64,000 bases of DNA, from NCBI GenBank assembly GCA_963663965.2, contig CAXXFK010000029.1:224001-288000 (forward strand), read 5' to 3'. The stretch comes from Sedimentisphaerales bacterium. Lineage in GTDB: Bacteria > Planctomycetota > Phycisphaerae > Sedimentisphaerales > SM23-30. The position numbers were made by a program, and so were the translations under genes. Within the stretch, counting starts at the first letter, position 1. Every line of letters starts with the position of its first letter. Of the stretch, positions 50,401-63,529 are shown in pieces. The notes under the pieces are model-generated. The model was not told the DNA's origin. It saw only the letters and a list, made by a program, of their open reading frames with translations, and made no database searches.

Positions 50401-53400
50401 CTCTTTCAGATACTGAAATAGACAATATCACCGCAGCCAATATGACCTTGAATGCGCCGTCAAACGTAATTTGCGATAATTTATCCGCTGGCATAGGGAA
50501 TAATGTCAATGGAACGTTTAAGGTTGATGCCACTGGCAGTGTGACATTTCAAACGGCGGATTCAACCTTTAAAACATTGGTGGTCGAGGCCGATGATGGC
50601 ATTATTGTCAACAACGTAACGGTCACGACCGATACCGGCTCATTAACCATGGATGGGAATGTCGATGACAGCGCCGATGGTACGGATAAGATTGCTTTCC
50701 AGAATACTGCTAGCCTGGTTTCCGCCGGTTCAATGACCTTGTCTGCGACCAACGATGGAATAACCACGACCGGAGCAACTACCCTGACAGCCAATGATGG
50801 CATTTCACTGAATGATAACCTGACCGCCGGCGGCCAGACAACCATCGATGCGGATAATGATGCCGGCGATGATAATGGGACATTCACACTGGCCAATACC
50901 ATGACAATCAATACGGCCAATAATGCTTTAAACATTACGGCCGATGACATGGCGATCAATGGTAGTATCAATAGTGGCAATGGATTAATTACCTTGTCGG
51001 TGTCGGATGGGGGTACCATTGGACTGGGCGCCACTGGCGGTGATTTAACCATTGATAATAATGAATTGTCTCGCATTACCACGACCGCGACCGGAGGCCT
51101 GACCCTGGGCGGAAGTGACAGCACGTTGACCGTAGATGGTATTACTCAGGCGCAAAGTGACAATATCAATGGTGTGTTGACACTCGATGCGACCAATGAT
51201 AACGCCTCGGTGATTTTCAGTAATACGGCGTCGACCTTTGATCAATTAACGGTAAATGCCGATAATGGAATCACAATCGATACGGATATTACTACCGATT
51301 CCGGCAGTATGGTCTTGGAGGGTGATTCAGATAACGCGGCTGATGCCGGTGATGATATTGATATTGCCGGAAATATTACTTTGACGGTTTCCGGGGGCAA
51401 TCTGATATTGGATGCGACCACTGGAAAAATCGATGCGGCAACCAGTCTGCAACTGGATTCAGATGGCAATATTGTGATCAATGATCACCTGACAACGGGT
51501 ACGACACTGACGATTGATGCCGACAATGGAATCCAGTTGAATGGCAATGTAAGTTCCGGTGGCCAGGTTGATCTGGACGCGGATGATGACGATAATGCCA
51601 CGGGTGTTTTAACCATTGCCGGTGCATTGGATACCAGTGATAATCCGCTCAATATAGTCGCCGATGATTTAACCTTAACGGGAACAATCGACACCACATC
51701 AAAGGATATTTCGATTGAACCGTCAACCGGGATTGAATTGCGTCTTGGAACGGTGGCCGGTACGATGCAAATTACTGATGCAGAAATTGACAAAATAACA
51801 ACGACCGGTGATGTCTATCTGGGCAAACAAGTTGCCACTTCGATCAATATTGATGATTTCAGCCCGGCTAACGTTTCGGGAACTCTGTTTCTGGATACTA
51901 CCGGAAGCCTGACTATCACCGGTGGAAACTTTGATGTGACGACAAATAACAATACTATTGATATAACCGCCGATGATGTCGTATTTACTGGAACAGTGGA
52001 TGCCGGTTCCGGCAGTGTTATTATCCGGACTGATGACAGCGGATCGATTGATCTGGGAACGGCAGGCGCCGGGGGGATGACCCTATTGAATACGGACCTG
52101 GCGAACATGACAACTTCCGGGGGCCTGACCTTGCAGGCCCGTGCCGGTGAAACGCTGGTTGTCGATGGGGTGACTGCCCCGGCAACTGCGAATATCAGTG
52201 GAGTGACAACATTAAATGCCAGTGCGGCAGGCGCCGGAATTTCGTTCGCGAATACCAATAGCGTATTTAATGCGGGCCTGACTGCAACAGCAGCCGATAC
52301 GATTTCATTCGATGCCGGTCGCCAGGTGACTGCGGGTGGCAATCTGACCTTGAATGCCACCAATGATATCGATGCGGCCGGCAGCGTTTCGCTGTATGCC
52401 ACTGGAGATCTGACAATTAATAATTCGTTAACGTCTGGGGGGGATATCGATCTGCGCGCCGATAGCGAAGGGAATGGGACGGGCGATTTTGTTCTGGCGG
52501 CCACTGAGACTATAGACAGCACTGGAAACAATCTGTCAATAAGGGCCGATGACATCGCTCTCAACGGTTCGATTGATGTTGGCGCGGGGGATATCTTGTT
52601 ATTACCATCTTCGGCAAGCGCAATCGGACTAGGCGATACTGCCAGTGGAGAATTCGATATCAGTGATTCGGAATTTGATCGCATGACAACTTCCGGTACC
52701 CTGACTCTTGGGGGAGCAACCGCTGGTAGCATTGTTGTTGATAATTTGACTGCCACTGTTGGAAAAGTTACCGGTCCGGTCGTAATTGTGTCAGGTCAAA
52801 ATAATGGAGTTATTACATTTCAAAATAATCCATCCAGTGTGCTGGATACGCTTACTTTGCAGGCGGTGGATGGTGTATCCGTCAACGATGGTATTTTATC
52901 AGGAAACGATATGGTTATTGATGCAGATACTGACGCGGGGGATGATCTGGGCAGTCTATTTGTCGGTACTGGCTCTGTGATTGACACGAATGACAATAAT
53001 CTGGATATCACGGCAAACGATCTCACTCTGCAAGGAGGGGCGTTAAGTCTTGATGTCGGGACCGGCGACCTAACGATTATCGATTCAGATGACGATGGTA
53101 TCGGACTGGGCGGTACTACTGTTGCGAATGGATTGAATATTGATGATACCGAGTTTGGCCGAATATTATGTGCGAATCTGGAACTGATTACAGGCGGAGC
53201 CATTAAGGTGGATGGTATTAGCGCGGCCGGCAGTCAGAACATTACCTCAATATTGACTCTGGATACAGCGGATAGCATTGAATTTCTGAATAATGGCTCA
53301 ATATTCAACGCCTTGACCCTGGAAGCGGATAATGCGATTGCCATTAATGATGATATTACCACGGACACGGCGACATTGGTAGTGCATGCGGATACGAATA

Positions 53401-56400
53401 CCAATGCCAATGCTGCGGATTATACGATACAGATTGCAAATGGAATTCAGTTGGATTCAGCGACAACGATTGAACTCAATGCGGAAAACGGCAAATCCCA
53501 GGGAACTGGGCAATTGACAATCCAGGCTGATGAAGGGATTACGATACAGGATACCCTGGAAACCGGTGGTGATTTGACTATTGACGCGGATAATGACATT
53601 GACGGAACCGGCAGCCTGGTAGTGGCGGGTGGGGCCACGTTGGATGCCGGTGGCAATAATATCGATATAACGGCTAATTTAATTAATTTTGCCGGCGCAC
53701 TGGCCAATATAACGGACCTGGTTTTACGGGCAACGATCAATGGCGATCTGACCGTCAGCGGCAGTTTTGGCAACAGCGGTTCCGTGGAGTTGGAATCGAT
53801 CAATGGCACAGTGACTGTCAATAATGCCCTGTCATCCAATGGTGCCATAACGATTACGGCTAAAAGCGGTGTCATTCTGAACGATACCGTGACTGCCGAT
53901 GCGGATACCAATAATCCCGGTGGTGATCCAATCACGATTAACGCGGATAGTAACAGCGATGGTACCGGTGATCTGACGCTTGCCACCACCAAACAAATTA
54001 TTACAAATGATAATAACCTGACTGTGACTGCCAATGACTTGGATCTGGCGGGTACTGCATCGATTAACGTCGGAAATGGTCAGATTCGTCTGATTGATTC
54101 AGATGGTTCCGGAATGGCACTTGGGGATACTGTCAATGCCGGTGAGTTCCATGTGGCTGCATCTGAGTTACAAAGGATTACTGCCTCCCAGTTAGAATTG
54201 GAAACTACCGGCGCATCAAATGTAGATAACATCTCTGGAGCGAATAGTAATAATATTGGATTGGTTTTGCTGGATTCTGCCGGTTTGGTGTCATTTATCA
54301 ACAACGCGTCTACTTTCAACGCACTGACAGTGCAGTCTGATGATGGGATAGCCGTTAATCAGAATCTAACCACAGATACCGGCAGTCTGACGCTGGATGG
54401 CGATGCGGATGGCGGCGCTGACACGAGGGATGATATCGCGTTTGCCGCAGGAGTAGTATTGACCTCTCAAAATGAGATTACCCTGGATGCGTCTGCGGGA
54501 GATATGACTGCTGCGGGAGATCTGGATTTACTATCGGAGGGTTCAGTCACAATCAATGACTCCTTAACCGCATTGGGGAATATCACGGTTAATACCGATG
54601 CCGTGTTAGTTGACAATGATGGGACGGGAGATCTGGTCATTGCCGCCGCCGCCACCCTGAGTACGGCAACCAATGACACCTCACTCGATTTGACAGCCAA
54701 TGATCTTGACCTGAATGGAATTATTAATTGTGGCGTTTCGGACTTTACAATCACCGTGTCCGATGGCATGAATTATGGCCTGGGAGATTCCGTTGTTGCC
54801 GGTGGTTTCAATATCGATGGAACCGAGCTGGCGAACATCTATACGGGCAATTTGATTCTGAATACCTCCGGATCAGCTGCTCTTGATAATATCTCTGCCC
54901 TGAGCAGCAATAATATTACCTATATGGTCACATTCAATGTCGCCGGCCATGCGACGCTTACCAGTGATTGTATCTTTAATGCCTTAACGATTTATGCCGA
55001 CGATGGCATTACCCTGGCAGGTAATGTCGTGACGCAGGCCGGGGATATCATTCTGGATGGCGATAAAAATAACGCGGCGGATACCAATGATAAAATCAGC
55101 TTCGCTTCCGGTTCGACCTTACAATCCGCCCGGGTTATGGTCCTGGATTCGACAACCGGCAAGATGGAAGGTTCTGGAAGCCTGACTTTGCAAGCCAATG
55201 GCGCGATGATCCTGGGTTTGGAGAAAGGTATAACCATTAACGATAATCTGACTACGAACGGCCATCTAACCATGAATGCCGACCTGGATGATGATGGGAT
55301 AGGCCGCATTATCAGCGCGCCGGGAGCCAGTTATGATTGTTCCGGGTACGATCTGTCTGTAACGGCCAGTTCGGTGGATTTCAATAGCCCGATCGCCGGG
55401 GTTGATGGCTTGTTCTTGGCAGCGACCACCGGTGACATGACCATTACCGGGAATTTTGTCAATACTGGCGACCTGGGATTAACGGTGACCAAAGGATATG
55501 GCATCATTAATAACAGCATTACCTCAGGAGGGGCTATCAGCATCTCAACCAAGACGGGATTGGAAGTGAATGATGATCTTATAGCCAATGGCCTGATAAC
55601 CATTAATTCTGATAATAGCAGCGCAGGGCTGGGAGATTTGGTCGTTGCACCGGGGGTACAGATATCCAGTAATAACGCGGATGTGTATATTACCACCAAT
55701 GATATCAATGACTTATCCGGAATGATTAATAGCGGTACGGGTGTCGTTCAAATCGATTCCAACGCTTCCGGAATCGGCCTGGGTAGCGCTTCAGTGGGGG
55801 GCGGCTTGAATTTATCGAATGCTGAACTGGCTGAAATTACCACCTCATCATTAAGATTCGTTACCGATGGCGATATAGTTATCGCAGGAGTCAGCGCTGG
55901 CAGCAACCAGAATATCGACCTGTTGATCCTGGATACCACCGGGCAGGTTCGATTCAATGGGGGGGAAAGTGTTTTCAATGCCTTGGATGTCAGGGCTGGA
56001 AATGGAATCAATATAGAAACTGACCTGACAACGGATGAAGGGGAGTTGGCATTCAATAACGATCCAGATCGACTTAGTGGTAGTGGGAATGGTATTCAAT
56101 TTGGAGAGGTCACGATAACTTCGGGAAATGTTCTGGCTTTGGGAGGAGATGGCGATCTGACAGGTACGAATAATCTGGTTTTGATTTCAAACGGGGATAT
56201 GACGATTAAGAGCGACTTTAATGTTAATGGTACGCTTGATATCCAAACCCGGAACAACCAATTGGTAATCGAATCCGGTGCAATCATGGCTACCCACGGC
56301 CAGGATATACAGATTGATACCGGTGATATGGTGTTGGATGGCGCTTTATCAAGCGGTTCAGGAAATATCCTTATCAATCCTACTACTCGAGATACCGTAG

Positions 56401-59051
56401 GGTTGGGAACGGGAACGGGATCCTTATCATTATCCACGGATGAACTTGATTCGATATCGGCCCATCAATTCGAAATCGAAACTGATGGTGCAATTATTCT
56501 TAAGGATATTCCTGAAGCAATGACCGATGGAATCATGACGTTAAAACTTGAGACCTCCGATTCAATTCATTTTGATGATGTCGTTATCAATTCCAATCTG
56601 ATTGCTTCGGCTGGCGGGGGCATTGGCCAGGGGAATGCTATTAAAGTAACAGGGAATAGTGATTTGATCACAGATCAAGATGACCAGGGGATTGTGTTGA
56701 CTAATAACAGCAATGCCTTGCAGGGAACGATATCACTGCAAACAGTTAGCAGTGGCAATAATCTTGCAGTTGTGCAGATAAATAACGGAACTGTCGATAT
56801 CGAGTTGGCTGCCAGTACTGTGGCAGGAGATTTAAGCCTGACCACAGAAGGACAAGTGTCGCAAACGGGTGATTTGAGTGTTGCGGGAAATTTAGAGGCA
56901 GTGACTGCGGGAATTGGCGATATTATTATGGATCAAAACGCCAATAATATTGATGGAACGGTTTCATTTCAGACTGCGGATGGTAATGTTACATTCAATA
57001 ATGGACTTTCGCCAATTGTACTTAACGATGTTAATATTGCTGGTGATATGGCAGTGGAAACAAAAGCATCCATTACGGATTCGGGATCAGTTAATGTGAC
57101 AGGACTGGCCGCGTTTTCGACATATTCAGACAATGATGGCTCCATTATACTGGATAATCAATTGTCGACTTTTGGCTCTATCCGGGTATCGACCATGAAT
57201 GCTAATAGTTCGGCTTCGGCAGTATCGGAGGTTAGCATTTATGAAGGTGATAGCATGGAGGTTGCCGGAATAGAGACTGCCGGCGATGTGACATTAACCG
57301 CAGAAGGAAACATCACGCAGACGGGTAGTATAAACGTAGATGGTTCTGTTGCCTTTAAAACACTTGACGATAATGGGGGGGATATCATTCTGGATGGTGA
57401 TAATGAGATGGGACGTATTCTGGCATTGGTCCGTGATGGTCTGGATGATAACGATGCCGAAGGCGATATTACCATTCATGAAAACCATGAAATCGAAATT
57501 GGACAGCTGAGTACCATGGGGGCGATCACGCTCAAGTCGAATGATATTCGTATAGAAGGGCCGGTATCCGGTTTTGGGCGATTATGGTTCGAACCCATGA
57601 ATCCGGATATAACCTTTGCAATTGGAGAGGCATCCGGTGGCCTCTGGAAGCTGGATAATAATGAAATATCCCAATTGCAGGATGGCTTTTCCGAAATAGT
57701 GATAGGTACCTCTACGATGACCGGTTCTGTAAATATTGACGAGGTTGTTTTTACCGATCCAATTCATATTCAGACCAAAGATATAATTGATGTTAAACAA
57801 ACACTTGGAGGTACTGATAATGCGTCAATTACTTTGACAGCGCCAGAAATCGTTATCAAAGATAATCTTAACACCCAAGGGAGCAATATCACGCTGAATG
57901 GCGCCATCGATGTGTTACATCCAGTCATCTTTTCTACTGGAGGGCAAACGGGGGTGATCAGTCTGAATGGTAATGCTGACTGTGACGATAGCATACAGAT
58001 GTTAGCGAATACGATATCGTTGCACAGTGTTCAGTCAGAAGGTCCTCAGAATTATTCTGCCGAACAAATCAATATTTCCGGAGATTATGACATATTATCG
58101 GATGATGATTTAGGGTTTAATGGATCCGTTATATTGAATGGTAATAGCCATATGACGCTGCAAAAAGGAGATATAACGGTTTCGGAAGAAATTGATGGGC
58201 CTTATGATCTGGATATCGATACAGATGGGGGATCAATTCTGTTTGGTTCAGATATCGGACTATCCAGTTCTCTTGCCAATTTATATGTCGATACTCATTA
58301 TCCCGGTACGATCAGATTTAATTCTACCATTCTCGTTGATGGTGATATTCATTTGAATGTACTGACTGATCATCAGCAATCATTTATCTCGGCTAACATA
58401 TTCAAACAATCTGAAGGAGATTTAATATTTCAGGCGGGCGGTGAGTTTGTGATGGCGCCTAACAGCGCCCTGGTAGTCATGGATGGTTCACTGATTATCA
58501 ATACGGGGACCGGCGCTATCTCTGTTGGTGATTTGACGGCTAAGGGTGATATCTTGTTGACCGCACAGGATGGCGAAGGCGTTATCAATATACTGACGCG
58601 CGAAAAACGTGAAACTTTGATCGTTAAGAAGGATGCATTCAAGGAAATCACTGATCAGGGGTTGTCCGTTGTTGCGGGTGGAAAGATCGAACTCAATGGA
58701 CAGAGTATCTTATTGGGAGAAGGTCTGAAACCCTATCTGGTCACAGGCAATAAAAAAGACAGCCTGGGATTCAAGGGTTTCAAGGTTTATACCATCAAGG
58801 AACTCCCCGAATTGTTTTTACCGGGAGATGATATTGTTGTATATTATGTTCCAGTGAGTGATCCTGCTGAAGCGGATATGGACGAAATTGCAGGAACAGG
58901 GATGTACTGGTATGATCAGGTATATTGGCATGATAGACTTAAAGAAGTTATATTAAGTGATAACTCACCGGCAAACCCAATAAATCTGGTCGATATCAAG
59001 GTGATCGTAGATCGATGGTTTTTAGATGATGAAATCGGTCATGGTTTCTGA
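44442..59051 (+). CDS. Giant TpsA filamentous haemagglutinin-like exoprotein (about 4,870 aa if repaired), interrupted by three +1 frameshifts
   Basis: Signal peptide + TPS domain (SFNI, VLNRI, NGNVYIVNPAGV), GGFVEISG, LLLDP; four consecutive ORFs (44442, 46957, 47390, 48405) share one repeat style and rejoin by single-base deletions near 46838-46851, 47395-47397 and 48298-48302. Confidence 0.85.
46100..57700 (+). repeat. Degenerate protein-level repeats in TpsA
   Basis: About 19 copies of IxLG...(L/F/M)xIxxxELxxIT (e.g. LDISDTELSRIT, FHISDTELDLMT, LTIDNNELSRIT) interleaved with DADxDxxGxG motifs. Confidence 0.75.
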
Positions 59052-60685
59052 GATTTCGACCATGTTTTAACAATAAAATCATAGGTATAAGCCGGATCGT
59101 CAGTATTGATGAAATCCACTCCCGCCCGCGCCAGTTCCTGATAAACTTGCTGGTTCTGAGGGATTGACCAGAATCGGACTGTTCTTCCTTGGGCGTGAAT
59201 CGCTTTGACCAGATTAGCAAGTTTTTCCTTTTCTTCCGCAGGAATAGTATTCTGGCCAGTCCATTTGAAGAGGCTGTTCCAATTGGCATGATGCCCGTCA
59301 AGTTCGGTTTTTCCCAGTTCAGAGTCAATAGAATCCATTCCGGCAATAAAATTAACAAAACGTAGTGGTTGAGAATCTAAAGATTCACGATAACGATCCC
59401 AGACTAGCACTCTTATTGGACCAGGTATGATGATGCCTTCAGGAGTGTAATGTTCAAATAAATCGGGATATTGAGCCAGTTGCCGGTGGAGGACATTGAT
59501 CGTATCTCCATCGGTTTTCAGATCGATATGAAATCGCAATGGTTGGGTACTGTCAGGATAAATTTTTCCATGATTGGCCACAGCGATCTCAGAAAATGGT
59601 TTTAAATACAGAGATCGGAGAGTCCTGTCCTCATGGATTTCCTGCTGGGAATGGGCCACGTAAAGGTCTTTATCTGTTAAGAATATGTCGGCTTCAATGC
59701 TATTGGCGCCGTATGCCAGAGCATCATATAATGGATGGACGCGATGGTAATCATTGTGAGAATGAAAGTAGGGTGGGCCAATCGGACTGGTAGGGGCGAT
59801 AATATCTAATTCCGTTGTGACCGCATAATGGTCTGAAATGTATCGATTATCTATCTTCTGATGTAAAATTGAAGAATCCTTGATAACAAGTTGATTAGAA
59901 GAAAAAACATAATCGATTTTACTGCCAATCAGATTAGTTAATACAGGGTTAAATCCATTAAAAGTAAGTACTTCAGTGGCTTCAGGATGTATTTTTCTAA
60001 AGGTATCAATTAATGGAGTAGCAGGTGCTGATTCTCGAATAATGTTAAAGATCGAATTGTCTTCATTCGCATTGAAATCGCCCATTAACAGATAAGGTTC
60101 CTGTTGGCATAACCTGTTGGCAATCCGTGAAATAATTAATATAATCGCTTTTTCCCGGGATGGTTGAGAGCGATGATCTAAATGGGTATTATAGATATAA
60201 ATACCTCGACCGGTTTTTTTATGAATAAAACGCGCCCAGGTGCAGATTCGTGTACAGGTATTTCCCCAAGTGATTGAATTTGGCGTTTCGGGGGTATCGG
60301 ATAACCAGAAAGTGCCATTTTCATCTGGATCTGGACGAAATGATTTTGAACGATAAAAGATTGGCGAATATTCGCCGCCGTCGGCGCTATCGCCTCTTCC
60401 GACTCCAATCCAGTCAAAATCAGGAAGTCCGCGGGCAATCGTATCAATTTGAAATCGTAATGCCTCTTGCAGACCGATAAAATCAGCGTTGATTTCTTTT
60501 AAATGGTTAACAACCAGTTCCTGGCGATTTTCCCAATTGTTTGGGCCATCCGGAGCTTTCCCATAACGGACATTGAAAGTGACAACTTTGATGGATGTTG
60601 GTGCGTGATTCGTTTCCGCATTCGATTGGCCATAGCCGGTCATTACCTGTATAAGAATAAGGAAACAGAGGAAAGTCGCTTTCAT
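59039..60685 (-). CDS. Secreted EEP (endonuclease/exonuclease/phosphatase) domain fused to a PI-PLC/GDPD-like phosphodiesterase domain
   Basis: TFNVR, GLQE, NTHLD, MGDFN, IDYVF, SDHY, then HSHNDY, GANSIEADI, LYVAH, IDLK, VRFW, GVDFINTD. Confidence 0.85.
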   Translation of the reverse strand: MKATFLCFLILIQVMTGYGQSNAETNHAPTSIKVVTFNVRYGKAPDGPNNWENRQELVVNHLKEINADFIGLQEALRFQIDTIARGLPDFDWIGVGRGDSADGGEYSPIFYRSKSFRPDPDENGTFWLSDTPETPNSITWGNTCTRICTWARFIHKKTGRGIYIYNTHLDHRSQPSREKAIILIISRIANRLCQQEPYLLMGDFNANEDNSIFNIIRESAPATPLIDTFRKIHPEATEVLTFNGFNPVLTNLIGSKIDYVFSSNQLVIKDSSILHQKIDNRYISDHYAVTTELDIIAPTSPIGPPYFHSHNDYHRVHPLYDALAYGANSIEADIFLTDKDLYVAHSQQEIHEDRTLRSLYLKPFSEIAVANHGKIYPDSTQPLRFHIDLKTDGDTINVLHRQLAQYPDLFEHYTPEGIIIPGPIRVLVWDRYRESLDSQPLRFVNFIAGMDSIDSELGKTELDGHHANWNSLFKWTGQNTIPAEEKEKLANLVKAIHAQGRTVRFWSIPQNQQVYQELARAGVDFINTDDPAYTYDFIVKTWSKSQKP

Positions 60686-60736
60686 GATAATATTCCTGAA
60701 AAAATGCTATGTACTTTCTCAAACCTGCGGGTAATT

Positions 60737-60771
60737 AAAAACCCACATGAATTATTGTTAGTCCATGTGGG
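60737..60771 (-). terminator. Probable terminator after rnc
   Basis: CCCACATG-N14-CATGTGGG followed by T5 on the minus strand. Confidence 0.5.
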
Positions 60772-60813
60772 GCGAATTGCAAGATATATTTGAATGGTAT
60801 TTTAAGAAATGTG

Positions 60814-61548
60814 TTACTGGATTGTCGAACTGAATTCTGAATTCGGATTAAGAACTCCTAATTCCGTAAGAGCATTATAAGCTGCCAATTGCTCAGCTTC
60901 TTTTTTGCTTGGTCCCCAGGCGCTGACAAAACGGCGCTGGTTGACTGCCACGCCAATTTCAAAACATTTGCTATGATCAGGACCTTTTTCATCGAGTAAT
61001 TCATAGCATGGAGTTGAATCAAAATGTTTTTGGATGTATTGTTGCAGCATGCTTTTATAGTTATCCTGATGCTCGCTGGCATCTGCGCTGTCAATCTGTT
61101 CTGAAAGGTTATCCAGGATGAATTGTCTGGCTCGTTCCAGACCACTGTCCATATAAATAGCGCCGATAACCGCCTCAAATGCAGCTGATACGCAGGAATT
61201 GGGTAGTTTATTATGGGCGCTCATCCCCTTGCCGACACAGAGAAATTTTTCCAGAGAAAGTTTGCGAGCGACTCGGGCGCAGGTTCGTCGAGATACGATA
61301 TGGCTTTTTATCTTAGTTAATTCACCCTCAAGGTAATCAGGAAAGCGTTCATACAATTCCTGGCAGATTACCATGCCAAGAATGGAGTCACCAAGAAACT
61401 CAAGGCGTTCATTACTTTGTATGCGACAATTAGCTGCTGAAGCATGTAATAGCGCCTGGCGAAGTAGTTCCAGATCATTGAATTGATATGAAAGGGCTTC
61501 CTGACATGAAGCCAGAATCGAATCGGTGGGTTCCATTGTAATAGCCAC
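60814..61548 (-). CDS. rnc: Ribonuclease III
   Basis: NERLEFLGD signature, EGELT, AFEAVIGA, dsRBD (YKSMLQ, GPDH, SKKEAEQ). Confidence 0.96.
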   Translation of the reverse strand: MAITMEPTDSILASCQEALSYQFNDLELLRQALLHASAANCRIQSNERLEFLGDSILGMVICQELYERFPDYLEGELTKIKSHIVSRRTCARVARKLSLEKFLCVGKGMSAHNKLPNSCVSAAFEAVIGAIYMDSGLERARQFILDNLSEQIDSADASEHQDNYKSMLQQYIQKHFDSTPCYELLDEKGPDHSKCFEIGVAVNQRRFVSAWGPSKKEAEQLAAYNALTELGVLNPNSEFSSTIQ

Positions 61549-61992
61549 TCCGTGATGTTTACGGATGGCCCAAGACGTAAAGGGCTTGAGTGCAGAGCCC
61601 GGTAAATTGATTTAAATCTAAGGGAATAAGCCATTTGCGTCTCAGGTCAACACTGAGCACATATAATATTTGCATTTTACTACTGAGAACTTGATTTGTC
61701 AATTAACTAATCATTTTTATGTGTAAGAAAATGATTAACCGGGCATCTCTGAATAAAATCAGATTTAATTGTGTTATCGACATTTATTTTAATCAAATAA
61801 AATGAAATAACTATTTATTAGTGAGGAAAACAAAAAAGTTTTGAAAGAGATGGCGCTTTAAGCGACAATAGATTATAAATAAAAGAATTGTATCGGTACA
61901 CCAGAGTTGTTAATGGTCTACCAGGCTGCTAGCTTATATATCTGTCTTTTTTACAATAACTTAACAACATAAAGCTAAAACTGGAGTTATAA

Positions 61993-63414
61993 ATGGCAGT
62001 GAAACTAAAATTCCTGGGCGGTGCACGGAATGTGACGGGATCGCGTCATGTTTTGGAAATTGATGATGTTCGTATTATGGTTGATTGCGGATTATATCAG
62101 GAACGGGATTTACGAGACCGCAACTGGGATCCCTGTCCTGTCGATCCGGGCTCTATTGATGCTGTTTTATTGACCCATGCCCATCTGGATCATATTGGTT
62201 GGCTGCCCAAATTGGTAAAAGATGGATTTCGCGGTAAGGTGTATTGTACTGCCGCCACTGCGGAATTGTCTGAAATCGTTTTATTTGATTCAGCGCATTT
62301 GCAGAAGGAAGATGCCGAGTTTAAGAAAAAACGTCATAAGCGGGAAGGCCGGGAAGGGAAATTTCCTGTTGAACCATTGTATCTGGCTGAACATGTGGAA
62401 GATGCCATCAAATTATTTGTGCCATGCGATTATGAATCTCCTATACAAATAAAGCAGGGAATTGAGGCTTATTTTTATGATGCCGGCCATATTTTAGGCG
62501 CCGCAATGATAAAAATCCATATTAACCGAAATGGCAAGAAATGTACGGTCCTCTTTTCTGGTGATATTGGGCGCGTCAATCGTCCAATAATAGAAGATCC
62601 CACGTTTTTTGATGAGGCGGATTACGTCGTTATGGAGTCAACTTATGGAGACCGGATCCATGAAGATAAAGATAACAGCCGTGAAATGTTAATGAAAGTC
62701 ATTAATGAAACAGTTGCGGCTGGTGGTAATATCGTTGTTCCCAGTTTTTCGATCGAACGGTCTCAGGATTTGTTGTATTACATTAATGAATTAATACATA
62801 AGGACAAAATCCCGCACCTGCTGGTCTTTCTCGATAGCCCGATGGCAATCAAGGCCACCAAGATCTTTATGGAGCATCCGGAATTGTACGATTCAGAAAT
62901 GCTGGAACATGTCAATAATCATCAATCCCCGTTTGCGTTTACGGGGTTACAGATGACAAGTACCCCGGATCAATCCAAGGCGATTAACCGGATAACAGGG
63001 ACGGTCATGGTAATTGCGGGATCAGGAATGTGTACTGGCGGTAGAATTAAACATCATTTGGTTAACAATATCTCTCGTCCGGAAAGCGCCATTCTTTTTG
63101 CGGGGTATCAAGCTGTCGGTACGCTGGGGCGTCAGATTGTCGATGGCAAAGAGGAAGTGCGTATTTTAGGAAAAACCTATCCGGTTCGGGCAAAGATTTA
63201 CCGAATGCATGGCTTTTCTGGCCATGCCGACCAGGAAGAATTGCTGCACTGGGTGACGCGATTGAAAAAAGCTCCTAAAAAAGTATTCATTGTTCATGGT
63301 GAACCGGAGGCAACTTCGGCATTTTCGCAACTGGTCAAGAAAAAAACAGGTTGGGATACCTTGGCTCCTTCATATAAAGATCAGGTGTTGCTGGATTGCC
63401 GCTGCCAGGAATAA
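61993..63414 (+). CDS. MBL-fold beta-CASP metallo-nuclease
   Basis: VTGS, DCG, THAHLDH, AGHILG, SGD, MESTYG, AGSGMCTGGR, FSGHAD, VHGE. Confidence 0.9.
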   Translation: MAVKLKFLGGARNVTGSRHVLEIDDVRIMVDCGLYQERDLRDRNWDPCPVDPGSIDAVLLTHAHLDHIGWLPKLVKDGFRGKVYCTAATAELSEIVLFDSAHLQKEDAEFKKKRHKREGREGKFPVEPLYLAEHVEDAIKLFVPCDYESPIQIKQGIEAYFYDAGHILGAAMIKIHINRNGKKCTVLFSGDIGRVNRPIIEDPTFFDEADYVVMESTYGDRIHEDKDNSREMLMKVINETVAAGGNIVVPSFSIERSQDLLYYINELIHKDKIPHLLVFLDSPMAIKATKIFMEHPELYDSEMLEHVNNHQSPFAFTGLQMTSTPDQSKAINRITGTVMVIAGSGMCTGGRIKHHLVNNISRPESAILFAGYQAVGTLGRQIVDGKEEVRILGKTYPVRAKIYRMHGFSGHADQEELLHWVTRLKKAPKKVFIVHGEPEATSAFSQLVKKKTGWDTLAPSYKDQVLLDCRCQE

Positions 63415-63469
63415 CGGAAGATAGCAATGCCAGAATAATTCTTATTCTTGCGTAGGGATTTTAAAAATC

Positions 63470-63504
63470 AAAAGGGGACATCCGAATATCTCGGATGCCC
63501 CCTT
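63470..63504. terminator. Intrinsic terminator between convergent genes
   Basis: AAGGGGACATCCGA-loop-TCGGATGCCCCCTT; T-tract follows on the minus strand. Confidence 0.7.
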
Positions 63505-63529
63505 AATTAATACGCTATTCTACCAGACA

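Noticed and set aside
47000..58700. Many Ser/Val/Pro-rich minus-strand ORFs (up to 313 aa)
   Set aside because: Antisense shadows of the biased codon usage of tpsA
58500..59051. CdiA-type toxin tip with an immunity gene
   Set aside because: No VENN or pre-toxin motif and no co-oriented small gene downstream
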